Source of the DNA: Squalus acanthias | Taxonomy: Eukaryota | DNA length: 64,000 nt | Direction of reading: 5' to 3' | NCBI GenBank assembly: GCA_030390025.1 | Contig: CM059432.1 | Span: 93,870,001-93,934,000 of the forward strand | Part shown: positions 1 through 12,447 of the stretch, one piece after another | Layout of the letters: every line of letters starts with the position of its first letter | How positions within the stretch are numbered: the first letter of the stretch is position 1 | The notes under the pieces: model-generated | Told to the model about the DNA's origin: nothing | The model's input: the letters and a program-made list of their open reading frames with translations, nothing else | Database searches by the model: none | Translations under genes and position numbers: made by a program

Positions 1-848
1 AGGATGGTGAAATGGGCAGAAGCATGGCAGATGGAGTTCAATGTGGAGAAGTGTGAAGTGATGAAATTCTGAATGACTAATATGGAAAGACGGTATACTA
101 TAAATGGCACGATTTTGAAAATTGTAGATGAACAGAGACCTTGGTGTCCATACACAAATCCTTAAAGGTGGCAGGGCAAGTTGATAAGGTGGTTAAAAAA
201 AGCAAATGGGTTACTTGGTTTTATAAATAGAGGAATAGAATATAAAAGCAAATAGATCATGCTAGAATTTTATAAATCATTGGGTAGGCCTCAGCTGGAG
301 TATTGTGGACAATTCTGGGCACCACATTACAGGAAAGATGTAAAGGTCTTAGAAAGGTTACAGAGGAGGTTTAATAGGATGTTACCAGGGATGAGGGACT
401 TCAGTTATGGGGAGAGGTTGGAAAAGTTAGGACTGCTCTGCTTGGAACAGAGAAGGTTAGGAGGTGACCTAATAGAGGTTTTCAAGATAATTAATTAGAG
501 GTTTTGATAGAGTAGGTAGAGAAAAATTATTCCCTCTGGCAAGTGAGTCAATAACTAGAGTCACAGATTCAAAATCATTAGCAAAAGATCTAGAGGGAAG
601 ATGAGGAGAATTTTTTTTACTCAGAGTTGTCGGGATCTGGAACGCTCTACCTCAAAAGGTGAAGGAAGCAGATCCCATAAATAATTTTAAAAGAGAGTTG
701 GACAGATACTTGATGATGAGGAACTTGCAGGGTTACAGACTAAAAGTGGGGATGTGGGACTAAGCACAACTGCTCTTTCAAAGAGCCACCACAGACACAA
801 TGGGCCGAATTGCCTCCTTCTGTGCTGTAAGTTTCTATGATTCTATGA
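1..848 (+). mobile_element. CR1 LINE, 3' part (RT C-terminus and 3' UTR), decayed
   Basis: RPQLEYCGQFWAPHYRKD and EQRRLGGDLIEVFKI motifs; ends in a (TTCTATGA)2 tail. Confidence 0.9.
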
Positions 849-1072
849 ATGTACAGCTTGTTTGTGACCATCAGTTCCCTGCTGTACAGGTCAATACATA
901 CTTCCCAGAAAGCTAACCCAATACTTTCAATTTAAGGCAGTCCACCTGTCTCACCATCAATATTCAACCCTGAAAGGCAAATCTCAGGATGGCTTTGGAC
1001 CAATCAAATTATCCGCGTCAGCCATGGCTCATGACATCTCTGCAGTATCCCTGACATCAGCTAAACATGGTA

Positions 1073-1491
1073 CAGGAAACTTTCGTTTATCCGGCATCGA
1101 CGGGACCAGCGTGGTGCCGGTTTATCGAAAGTACCGGATAACGGAGAGTTATATCTACCGAGGCTATTTTTAACAAAGAGACTCCAGGCAGCGCGGGAGA
1201 ATCAACTCCTGCTACTGCAGTGTTTCAGACTTCCGACAGCGCCAGGAGGCTGAGTAGTGGCACTTTTGAAAAGTACCCCTACTGACTAAATCGGCGTTCG
1301 CGGACTCGGACTCGGGATCGGCAACATTGCCGGTTATTTGAGAGGAGTTTTCGGAGCACTTGGCGTTCGCGGAGACTCGACTGCGACTCGGCAACATTGC
1401 TGGTTATTTGAGAGGAGTTTTCGGAGGATGATTTTTGCCGGTTAAGCGAGAATTCCGGATATTTGGGTGCCGGATAAACGAAAGTTTCCTG
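1073..1491. mobile_element. Tc1/mariner (pogo/Tigger-like) MITE
   Basis: Perfect 24-bp TIRs CAGGAAACTTTCGTTTATCCGGCA, TA on both sides (1071-72, 1492-93), subterminal CCGGATA/CCGGTT repeats, CpG-rich interior suggesting youth. Confidence 0.8.
1293..1426. repeat. Two-copy ~69-bp tandem repeat inside the MITE
   Basis: GGCGTTCGCGGA...CGGCAACATTGC(C/T)GGTTATTTGAGAGGAGTTTTCGGAG occurs twice. Confidence 0.85.
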
Positions 1492-4400
1492 TACCATGTT
1501 TAGCTGATGTCAGGGATACTGCAGAGATGTCATGAGCCATGGCTGACGCGGATAATTTGATTGGTCCAAAGCCATCCTGAGATTTGCCTTTCAGGGTTGA
1601 ATATTGATGGTGAGACAGGTGGACTGCCTTAAATTGAAAGTATTGGGTTAGCTTTCTGGGAATAATTACCAGAATAATCAGTGATCAGTGGAATGTTGAA
1701 TCAGTATTCCAAGTATTTAGGAAGATCTGGGACCACCCTGCAGTACAGCCCAGGTAAGGTTTCAAAGATTGTTGTTGTGTGCTGTATGCTGCACAACGTT
1801 GCCTTGAAAATTTTATCATGAAATCCTCAGAGGGTGGCCTCTGAGCAATTTGGGGGGTCACTAATAAGAACAAGATGCGGATGAACATGCTGCAAAGCAG
1901 AACCTGGTGTCGGCTGTGAGAGCCACTCAGCAGCTCTCAAACAGGACACCTTTTAATGTGTAAATGTGGCCACTGCATTGTCCTGCCTACATCTTTCCAT
2001 TCCCTCTACAAATAGGCCTTCAATCTTACAGGCAAATCAAAAATATCACATTGCTAATGGCTGCTGAAAAATGCCTGCAAACTCTGCAAGAGCATTCCTC
2101 GCACACACAGCTTCAGTGCAACCTGATCTTTAACACCAAACCATGTTGTACATTTAAATGCCTGGTGTTTACTTCCATGTTGCTTTCCCTAGTAACAGTG
2201 TGTGGTGAATATGCAGTCGACCCTAACCTTGTGCTTCTTCTAGCTGCTACCTCAGTGGCAGCAGTATATGGTGTGGGTAGCTGTTGTGTGTTTATACAAG
2301 TCTCTTGATATTGAGGTAACCCTCTCTTCCCAGGAGCTGAGTTTGGAGATAGATCTGATGCATCTTACACAATTTCTGCTACGGTGTAGGCATTCTGGCC
2401 GTGTGTGTTTTCTGGAACATGTGCAGGCATCATGAGTGCTGGCATCGGGGGCCCTGAAAGTACTGAATCTCAACAGACAACACCATTATCTATAGCCACT
2501 TCAGCCATGTCCTACCCTCACCACTGAACCATCTGGTAACAGTCTTATTGGCAACCATGGGATCAAAGAACCCTGCCTCATCGCTCTCTCAAGCCAATCA
2601 CAAGCCTGCTGAAGCCAGAAGAGATAGCCCATTCAATTTTGGAATGCAAGGTCTCTACAGCAACAGCCTGTACATCTGTGGGAAAAGCACGGAATGTCTT
2701 TAAGGTCTGTCACATGGTGGGGGAATTGGGATGGCGGTTGGGGGGGGGTGGTCGGTGAAGAGGAGCTCTGCTGCAGATATCCCTGCAACACAAAGTCCCT
2801 GATTAGAGCATCCTTCTTTTAAAAGGTAGGCTCTTTGAGCTTGGGATCTTCAGGCTGATCAGTTGGGATGCAGTCCATGGTGGCCCAATGGATGACATGT
2901 TTCTCTTCCTCCTCTGCTATGACCAGCTATTCCTCTTCATTTGTGCTGTGTGTCACCCAGTGCCATCCCCACTGGCTCATTGTCTAACTCTTGGATGGAT
3001 ATAAATGAGCTGGTGCTTGCAAGGGTATAAAGTGAAGAGTGCACTGTGACTTAGTGACAGGCCCGGATGTACTGGGGCCTTGCTCTGTTTCCTGTGGCAC
3101 AGCTAGAGGGAAAAAAAAAAGACCTTCTGAGCAGCCTTCAAATATAACTTTCAGCAGAAGACTGGCATGGTAAAGTGCTTCAACAAATGTTTTGTTGCCA
3201 GTAAGTGAATGAGAGAATAGATTGAGAAGGAAGTGCAATAGAAGATTATCATAGCTTGTGCCAGTCCTCTTGTATCCCATCACCCAGCAACCTCTATGAC
3301 TTCCTTTCCAAGGATTTCCAGGGCTTTCTCCTTGTATAGGGTTAGAGGTATAATTTAGAAAGGCTGCCCCTTGGTTTTTTTTTTGTTATGGGCAGTCTTC
3401 TGCTGCAAACAGAGTACAATGAGCGAGAAGTTCCTATTGTCATGATGACACACAGTAATGCCCAAGTATTTGCATGCTGGCCATAGTGGCTGCCATGACA
3501 TGTATATACATCATGCAGCTACATTAGATTGTAGAGATCTGTTGACCAAAATGCAAGGATGAGTGAAGGAGAAGGGAAGACCAGGGGGTTCAAAGCACAC
3601 CCTCCTGCAATTAAAGTACTTTCAGACAGTGTGAGGGAAAAGTAATTGTAAGTGCCATACCTACTTAGTTGGCAGCATTAATGGAAGATAACAGTGTTTC
3701 CTCCTACCTTGGTTGACCTGGTAATGTCACTAAACTTCTACCTACATTTCTTCCAGGTACACAGGATGTTGCTCATAACACTGAAACTACCATTTGCATC
3801 TTGTCCCATTCTCCTTGGCTGTTATTCTTCGGAGCATGCAGTACTCCTGCCAAGGAGAGCTGCCTCCTCAGATTCATTTCCTCCAACGGAATCACTCCGG
3901 CACCATCGAAGAAATGGAGATCTTTCTACCCCCCTGTAATCCTTCCAGACATGACTATTTCGATAGAACTTTCAAATCATAATGCCTGTCCCTTTAAACT
4001 GCAACAGGACTTCAAATCCTACAGCAGCATACAATTTCCTACCCACCAACAAGCACACTCCCAAACACAGACAGTGTGTGTGCCTGGAGCTTGCTCATAT
4101 TATTTAAATGACACTGACCTCAAAAACATGCGTGGGGTCAGTGTCCAATTTCCAGTCGGACTTGTGTCCAAACAGAATATCTAATCCACTGTTTGTTCTG
4201 CTTTCCCACCAGTGCAGGAAAGACAATTATTTAATGAGTAGTCATTTAATCATTTGAACATGGCAGAAAAATCAGAGTATGCAATGTAGACATTAACTAC
4301 ATGTTCTATAACTTTCTACTTTTGACAATGAAACACAAAGTTACAGGGCCCTTCGATGAGTTGATGTGACTTGCAAATACCATCTCACGAAACTCAAAAT

Positions 4401-5689
4401 TGCAGCTTGAAGTATTCCTTTGATTGATTCTTTACTGATCAAGGAGGTTCATCTTACTATATACAATTTCTGGAAGTTCAAACTGTACTTCCAATCAACC
4501 TAACTACCTGTTAGCCAGTCACCATGGGATACCAAAGCTTAAAAAAGGGAGACAGACATGTAATATCAGTTATTTTTCCTTGCTCAATATTTCAAGAATC
4601 AACAGGGCAGAAATTTGGAAAGATCAGCTGCATCTGTTCAGTATTATCACTGGAAAGTACCAATTACTTTTGTGTTATGGGCAATTTTATTTAAATTTCA
4701 TCTTTTTGTCTGGAAAAATGCATAGCTGAAGGGTTTTGCTGTGAACCTCAAAAGACAAACATTTTGATAAAAATGCAAGCTGCTGTTTAAAAGAAAATAC
4801 TCTAAACAATAGCAGCATGCTATTATGGTATCGAGGGCTGTTCTGAACATAACTGGCTTCCACACCAAGTCTTTTTTCTTTTGTGAATACATTTTTAAAG
4901 TATTCTACCACTATGAAATTACTGAAGCTTACTAACATTTACAATCAAGTGTTGACAAGCCTCTCATTATCGCCCCTCCTTCCCCCCATCAGCTTCTACA
5001 GTGGGAAGTGAACTGTGTACTTCCAAGGCTTGAATAGAGGCAAGGTAAGATAGTAGACAGCATAGGAAAGCTGTAACTAGAACACTACTTCAGCTAAATT
5101 GTGAGAGTAGGGCAAGGGGACTGATGTCAGGAAGCTGTTCACAGAAAGATTGATCACCACATGGGACAAAGATCTGGGTAAAGATACCTGCCTTGCTACA
5201 GTACATTTAATTTGTAAGATGATTCACATTGCTGCAGAGTTTCTCCCCTCCCCATTGCTTTCAAGTACAATTAAGATGCATGCCTCCAGGACCAGTCGTG
5301 ATTGACAGAGACCGAAGTACTCCAAAAGCCAAATTATCACAATCACTTTCTGCTTCTTATATTTGCTTTCCTTTCCTGTGAAGCACGTCAAACAGTCACA
5401 GGCAATTTGGACTTAAAGACTCAGCTATCAAGTTTAAGTATTAAGATCTTCTCTCTTCTGGGTAATTTGAGCTGCTATACATCTGCAGTATCAATTTGTG
5501 TGGATAAACAAGAGATTTGACACTTGTGGGTATCATTGTTGATGTGCTTTAAGACAAAGTGAATAAAATATTTCTATGAAGTCATCCTGAATCTTTGAGG
5601 CTTTCAAAATACATAGAACTTCTGTCAACACAACAGGTGTAAACCACTTTGCTGTAAATTTCTACTCCTGAGTACTCTAAAGTACAGCA

Positions 5690-6130
5690 AGAAAGAAGAT
5701 CTTGCATTTAAATGGCACCTTATCATGTCTCTCAGAAACAGTCAAAGCGCTTCACACAGAATGAATTACATTGTGCAATCACTGGGGTAAGCTTTCGTCT
5801 TCAGCAGAGTTGTGTACACAGAGGACTGTATGTAGGGAATTAAGGTGCATGCCATGACTGCGCATCCAGAAAGATTTATCCTGCTGTTGTTATGTAGGGA
5901 AATACAGCAGCCATTTTGTACATAGCAAGGTCCCACAAACAGCAATAAGGCTGTTTATCTGGGTTTTTTTGGTGATGTCGGTCAAGGGAGAAATGTTGGT
6001 CATGACCCTGGGAGAACTCTTTGAATAAAGCCATTAGATCATTAATATCCACTTTAACAGGCAGGCTGTGTCTCAGTTTAACATCCTATATAAAGCACAG
6101 AACCTTGAAAAAGGCAGTATTTCCTCAGCA
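5690..6130 (-). mobile_element. Deu-domain SINE (SacSINE1/AmnSINE1-like), decayed
   Basis: Reverse complement resembles the 59477-59882 copy (CTTGCATTTA tail, AGCAAGGTCCCACAAAC, GGAGAACTC, CTCAGTTTAACATC). Confidence 0.6.
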
Positions 6131-6243
6131 ATCAGCCAATACTTGTAGCAAATATTTGGGGTCCCAGGAGAGAGGTGCTCAAAGACCTCCAACCATTTAC
6201 TCTTGTTTTATGTTTGATAATGCCATTGTTCGCTAAAAATATC

Positions 6244-6910
6244 GGGCCAGAAATTCGGCTGTTGTCAGGTGAGTACGCGCTGTGTACTCACCCGTAAGGC
6301 CACCTGAAGTGCCGGTTTCACGCATGCACTGCGCATGCGCGGGAAACCGGAACTTCCGTTCCCCTGAAAGAAGGGGTTCAGAAGTCGAACGCGTGCGCGG
6401 GAGAGGCTGCGCGCACGCAGCGAACTTCGTTTTTTTTTCAGGTTTCTCCGTGAGGGTAAGCATGGAGAAGCTGCACATTTAAAAAGGAGGCGCAAGGCCT
6501 GTTTTTAACAAGGTAAGTGGTTAATTAAGTAGAATTTAAACATTTTTCAAGAGGTTTATCTTTTTTTTTTACATACTTTAAAGAAAGGTAAGTTTATTCT
6601 TAGCACCGTTAAAAAGTTTAATTAATTTTTTCAAAAATTTAAATTTGTTTAAAGTAGTTAATTTATGTAATTTATAGTTATTTTAAAAATTTGATGGTTT
6701 TTTAAAAATTTATTTGAAGTTTTAGTGTGGTTTTGGGGTCGATCTCTATTCATAGATTTGACAGGTCTTCCTGTCAAATCTATGAATGAAAATTCCCTGC
6801 TACGATTGGCTCTCCATGGCCCACGTGATCCCAGGGGACGCTTTGAACTAACTGCGCCCCTGGGATACGCAAGCACTGCGCGCCGGCAGCTGCAGGAGGC
6901 CCAGGACTAG
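6244..6910 (+). mobile_element. Structured GGGCC-ended MITE, subfamily A, 3' TIR not found
   Basis: Starts GGGCCAGAAATT; highly similar to 13245-13771 and homologous to the 33430 and 37064 copies. Confidence 0.75.
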
Positions 6911-7479
6911 AGAGTACTGTTGTCAACGCAAGAAGCGCACTGACTGGACTCTGTCAAAGTAAAATGCCTGAAGAGACTGCAAGAAAAGTGTTAGTTTATA
7001 ACAAAATTAATGAAAAGGAGACCAGTTTGAATTGCTTTGCAACTTTAATGGCCTCCTTCTGTGCTATACTATTTTATGATTCTAACTTGACAGTTTGCTA
7101 TCACTTACATCTGTCACTAAGAAATAATAAAATTGCTTTGGGATTTAAATGTCAGAAATTTTAAAGTACTATGCAGATAAATAAGTCATTTTCTGCTGAA
7201 TAAACAGGAATTCATGCATTTAACAACAAATATTATGTTTCTTCCTCACTGTGTGAATATGCATGGTATAGTGTGCAATCTGATTGGCACAAAATCATCC
7301 CCTTGAACCCCACATTAAACTGAGGGTTTTGAGGACCGAAGGATCCTCTCACTTATTCAAAATGTGATTTTTGTTATTTTCCCTGATAACCTTGCCCCCT
7401 CCCGAAAGCTTTGATTTCTTGCTCAGGTGTGGGGGGGGGGGCCTAACAGCCGGGGCTGATCTTCTCCTTACCTGACCTA

Positions 7480-7710
7480 TACAACATGCAATTCATATCG
7501 GGATCAATTGGATAATCACCGGGAGCGGAAAGACCGCCTGATTTTCCCTCTCCTTTAGCTCAGGAGAGTCGAGGTCAATTGCAGTGATACTATGGCTGCC
7601 CGGTTGAGATCAGTTAATTCAGCGTAGACCAGGGATTGAACCTGGAACCTCCCTTGTGTATGGTTCAGTTAATCACTGGATAAACTCGTTGCAGCATTGG
7701 GGGAAGCCAA
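7480..7710 (-). mobile_element. tRNA-headed SINE fragment
   Basis: Reverse B-box-like CCAGGGATTGAACCTGG; body similar to 19430-19800. Confidence 0.5.
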
Positions 7711-7938
7711 GCTGTGTATCTTTATAGAACCTGCCACTGAACTAGCTTTTTCTAATAATGAGCACTTTAAAGTAGAACTAGTGAAACAGAGAGTCATAGA
7801 TAACGAGGTAGAATATTATCCACACAGATCCTTGGGACCAATAGAGCTATAAAATAAATTAGACAGAATTTTAAAAAAATCTGGCCATACTTTGTATTTC
7901 GATGCAGAAATTTCACCATAATTCTCACAAGACACACT

Positions 7939-8042
7939 GGCCGAGGTTTTCTGCTTCTGCGCTCACCACCCATGGTTCTCCGCCCATTAAGGTGAAAGGT
8001 CAGAAAATTGTGGGTGGCAAATAGAGTTGGAAAACCCTGGCC
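7939..8042. mobile_element. 104-bp mini-MITE with GGCC ends
   Basis: TIR GGCCGAGGTTTTC / GAAAACCCTGGCC (11/13), ACT duplicated on both sides. Confidence 0.6.
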
Positions 8043-9125
8043 ACTTACTTTGGTCCAATTTCTTATACTGAGCTTAAACACTGCATCTTCCACTTCCTTT
8101 CTTTCCCCCATCCCCCTCCCAATAAACGAAGTTAATTAAATACATAAAACAGGGTTATAGAGGGATGGCAGTGCAGGTGGTGTGCCGCAACTGCAGCATG
8201 TGGGAGTTAGTGGAGAGCATCACGAGGAACTTCAACTCAGAGTTGTTGAGCTGGAGTCCGAGGTGCAGACATTGTGGGGCATTAGGGAGGGGGAAGCGTT
8301 ACCTTGACACTTTGATCCAGGAAGCAGTAACACCCCTTAGGTTAGGTAGTAGTACAGGTCTGGTTAGTGGCCAGGGACAGGAGGGTGTGACTGCGTCTCA
8401 GGCAGGTAAGGGGACCACAGTTGCAGTGCTGGAGGAGCCTCAGCCTTTGCCCTTGTCCAACAGGTATGAGGTTCTTGCTGCCTGCGTGGATGAGGGCAAA
8501 GTCTGCAGGGTGGATGAGCAAACTGACCACGGCACGATGGTACAGGAGGCCATTCCAATGGGGGGAGTGAAAAGGAATGTTATCGTGGTAAGGGACAATA
8601 TAGGTCAGGAGGATAGATACTGTTCTCTGCAGCCGTGACCAGGAGTTCTGAAGGCAGGGTTAAGGATATCTCCTCGCGGCTGGAGAAGAATTTGGAGTGG
8701 GAGGATCCAGTTGTCGTGGTCCACGTAGGAACCAACAACATAGGTACAACTAGGATGAGGTTCTGCTGAGGGAGTTTGAGGAGCTGGGGTCCAAATTAAA
8801 ACTCAGAACTTCAAGGGTCTGGATTGGTAATAGGGCATAGGGACAAGCAGATCAGAGAATTAAATGCGTGGCTCAAAGAGGGGTGTGGGAGGAAGGGGTT
8901 TCAATTCATGGGGCACTGGCACCAGTACTGGGGAAAGAGGGAGCTGTTCTGTTAGGACGGACTCCAGTTAACCGGGCTGGAACCAGTGTCCTAGCGAAAT
9001 CAAATAACTAGAGCTGTAAACTAAAAGGGGTGTGGGGGAAGAAGTGGTCAGGTGAGGGGAAATTTAGAAATATGAAGAGAAAAGTCAAGGCAATGGAGCA
9101 GTGCAGCAATTTGGGTAAAAATAAG

Positions 9126-9869
9126 AGCCCTGAATTTGCGGTCGGTATGACACCGTACTCTGAGTACGCCGTCATACCACTTTGGAAACTGACCGCAACT
9201 TCGGGATTTGGTGCAGGCGCAAGCGGAAATCCCGAAGTTGCAGTCTGTCAATGACAGCTCCGAAACTGGCTGCGCTGTGCACCCCCACCATACAGAGCCG
9301 ACAATCAGTGAAATCTCGTAAATCATTCAAACTGACAAAAACTTCGGCTCTTCGTCAGTAAGTACGCTGTTAAATTTACCACCAACAGTTGGACTCAAAG
9401 GGATTTGATGTAACTGGGGTTTTAACAGCGCATTGACTGCCAAACAAATGTTAAGGGCCTGGAAAACTAATTTTAATTTAATCTTGTGCTGTGTGGAATT
9501 TGTTCATTTTAATAAAATTTCAATTTTTTTTTTTGAGTTTGTGCATCTTTATTTCAGGTTTGCCTTTTCCCCATGTGAGAACCCCAATCTTTCTTTGGTT
9601 CTCTCTAACTATTTCAAAAAGTTAGAATTTTTAGGGCTTACCCATTTCCCTTGTTCGCTGTGAGAATTCTGCTTTTTGATTGGCTGCTTAGACAGCCTGT
9701 TGACGTCACAGCATCTCACAAGGGGATCCCCATTATGTTCCGTTGAATTGAATTCAAGGTCAGAAAACCCGAAATTCTCGTCACAGGGATTGCGAGATCG
9801 CTGTGCGGAGCGTACTTCGGGGCCAGCAGCTAATGCCTTCACTTCGCTGCTGGCTGCAAATTCTGGGCC
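9126..9869 (+). mobile_element. Structured MITE, subfamily B, inserted in CR1
   Basis: aGCCCTGAATTTGCGG ... GCAAATTCTGGGCC, AAG on both sides; homologous to the 27431 and 49016 copies. Confidence 0.8.
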
Positions 9870-12228
9870 AAGAGTGTTACAGGAAGGGACAGAGAGTTTA
9901 ATGGTAATAGTGCATCAGCAAAGAAGATGAAAGCAGGGAATATTGGTCAAAGTTAAAATTAATTGCTCTTTATCTGAACACCAAGTATTCGTGACAAGAT
10001 AGATGAATTAGTGGCACAAATAGAGTTAAATGGCTTTGGCCTAATAGGCATCACAGAGACGTGGTTGCAAGGTGACCAAGGCTGGGAATTAAATATTCCA
10101 GGGTACTTGACATTTCAAAAAGACAGGCAGAATGGAAAAGGGAGGGGGTGGGTGGTTAGCCCTGATAATAAAGGATGACATAAGGACAGTTGTGAGAAAG
10201 GGTCTTGGCTCGGAGGATCAGGACGTAGAATCAGTACGGGTGGAGATAATAAATAAAAAGGGGCTGAAAACATTGGTGGGAGTAATTTATTGGGCCCCCA
10301 AACAGTAGCTATACAGTTGGACAGAGTATTAATCAACAAATAATAGGAACTTGTAACAAAGGTAATGCAATAATCGGAGGGGACTTTAATATTCATATAG
10401 ACTGGGCATAAAAATTGGTAAAGCTAGTCTGGAAGATGAGGTCATGGAAAGCATTCAAGACAGTTTCCGAGAACAATACGTGGTGGAACCAACCAGGAAA
10501 CAAGCTACTTTAGATCTTTGTGTATTGTGTAATGAGACAAGGTTAATTAGTAATCTCATAGTAAAGGATCCTCTGGAGAAGAGTGATCATAATATGATGA
10601 GTATTTCACTCTCAAAGTCGATGTGAAATTCTAAGTGCGAAACTACAGTCTTAAACTTAAAAAAAGTCAATTACATAGGTATGAGGGGCGAGTTGGCTAA
10701 GATAGATTGGGAAATTAGATTAAAAGAATAAATAAGCAGTGGCAAACATTTAACAAAATATTCCAAAATTCTCAATGAATATACATTCCATTGAGAAATA
10801 AAAACTCCATGGGAAAAGTGATCCATCCATGGCTAAAGGATGACCAAAAAATTGATAAGGGAAAAAATAGAATGAGAGTAAATGAGCAAGAAATATAAAA
10901 ACAGATTGTAAGAGCTTCTACAAGTATGTAAAAAGAGTAACAAAAGTAAGCATTGGGACCCTTAGAGGCTGAGACAAGAGAAATTATAATGGGGAATAAG
11001 GAAATGGCAGAGACTTTAAACAAATATTTTGTATCTGTCTTCACAGTAGAAGACACAAAAAGCATACCAAAAATAGTGGGGAACCAAGGTGCTAATGTGA
11101 GTGAGGAACATAAAGTAATTAAGATCAGTAGAGAAAAAATACTTGAGAAACTAATGGGACTAAAAGCCAACAAATCCCGTGGACCTGATGGCCTACAACC
11201 TAGGGTTCTAAAAGAGGTGGCTGGAGAGATAGTGAATGCATTGGTAGTCATCTTCCAAAATTCCCTAGATTCCAGAACTATCCCAGCGGATTGGAAGGTA
11301 GCAAATGTAACCCCACTATTCAAGAAAGCAGGGAGAGAGAAAACAGGGAACTACAGGCCAGTTAGCCTGAGATCAGTTATTGGGAAAATGCTGGAATCCA
11401 TATTAAGGAAGTGGCAACAGGGCACTTAGAAAATCATAACATCATTAGGCAGAGTCAACATGGTTTTATGAAAGAGAAATTGTGTTTAACAAATTTATTA
11501 GAGTTTTTTGAGGATGTAACTAGCAGGGTAGGTAAAGGGGAACAAGTGGACATAGTACATTTGGATTTCCAAATGGCATTTGATAAGGTGCCACCTAAAA
11601 GGTTGCTATGCAAGATAAGGGCTCATGGGGCTGGGCTAATATATTATGTTAAGAGGATTGGTTAACAAACAGAAAACCGAGAGTAGGGATAAATGGCTCA
11701 TTTTCCGGTTGGCAGGCTGTAACTAGTGGGGTGCCACAAGGATCAGTGCTTGGGCCTCAGCTATTTACAATCTATATTAATGACCGAGATGAAGGGAGAG
11801 AGTGTAATGTATCCAAGTTTGCTGACGATACAAAGCTAGGTGAGAAAGTAAGCCGTGAGGAGGACACAAAGAGCCTGCAAAGGGATATAAACAGGTTAAG
11901 TGAGTGGGCAATGGGTGGCAGATGGAATATAGCGTGGGGAAATGTGAGGTTATTCACTTTGGCAGGAAGAATAGAAAAACAGGATATTTTTTAAATGCTG
12001 AGAAACTATTAAATGTTGGTGTTCAGAGAAAGTTAGGTGTCCTCGTTAAGGAAACACAGAGTTAGCATGCAGCTACAGTAAGCAATTAGGAAGGCAAATG
12101 GCATGTTGGCCTTTATTGCAAGGGGGTTGGAGTAAAAGAGTAAGGAAGTCTTGCTACAATTGTACAGGGCTTTGGTGAGAGCACACCTGGAGTACTGTGC
12201 ACAGTTTTGGTCTCCTTATCTTAGGAAG

Positions 12229-12425
12229 TCGCACAACACCAGGTTATAGTCCAACAGTTTTATTTGAAATCACAAGCTTTCGGAGTTACTGCTCCTTCGT
12301 CGGGTGACGAAGGAGCAGTAACTCCGAAAGCTTGTGATTTCAAATAAAACTGTTGGACTATAACCTGGTGTTGTGCGACTTCTCAATTTTGTCCACCCCA
12401 GTCCAACACCGGCATCTCCGCATCA
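12229..12425. mobile_element. Penelope-like terminal fragment arranged as a perfect 77-bp-arm palindrome
   Basis: Arms 12225-12301 / 12306-12382, loop GGGT; 12-bp TSD TATCTTAGGAAG (12217-28, 12426-37); GACGAAGGAG..CTCCGAAAGCTT hammerhead-like motif followed by AATAAA. Confidence 0.75.
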
Positions 12426-12447
12426 TATCTTAGGAAGGACATACTTG

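Larger units (their letters stand above)
902..1662. repeat. Perfect inverted repeat, 195-bp arms (902-1096 / 1468-1662), 371-bp spacer
   Basis: Arms compared base by base: exact reverse complements. Confidence 0.97.
848..4190. mobile_element. Decayed PIF/Harbinger DNA transposon: transposase remnant (+) and convergent Myb/SANT-like gene remnant (-)
   Basis: + strand: NVQLVCDH..FPES (848-913), YPRQPWLMTSL (~1010-1042), RSGTTLQYSPGKVSKIVVVCCMLHNVAL (1723-1806), all HARBI1-like. - strand: TWKKCR*KFSDITRSTK|GT (donor at 3707), AG|QKTAHN (3402), KALEILGKE. Stops and frameshifts throughout; outer boundaries approximate. Confidence 0.75.

Noticed and set aside
1293..1426. CRISPR-like repeat-spacer array
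   Set aside because: Only two tandem units, no unique spacers, eukaryotic TE context, no cas genes.
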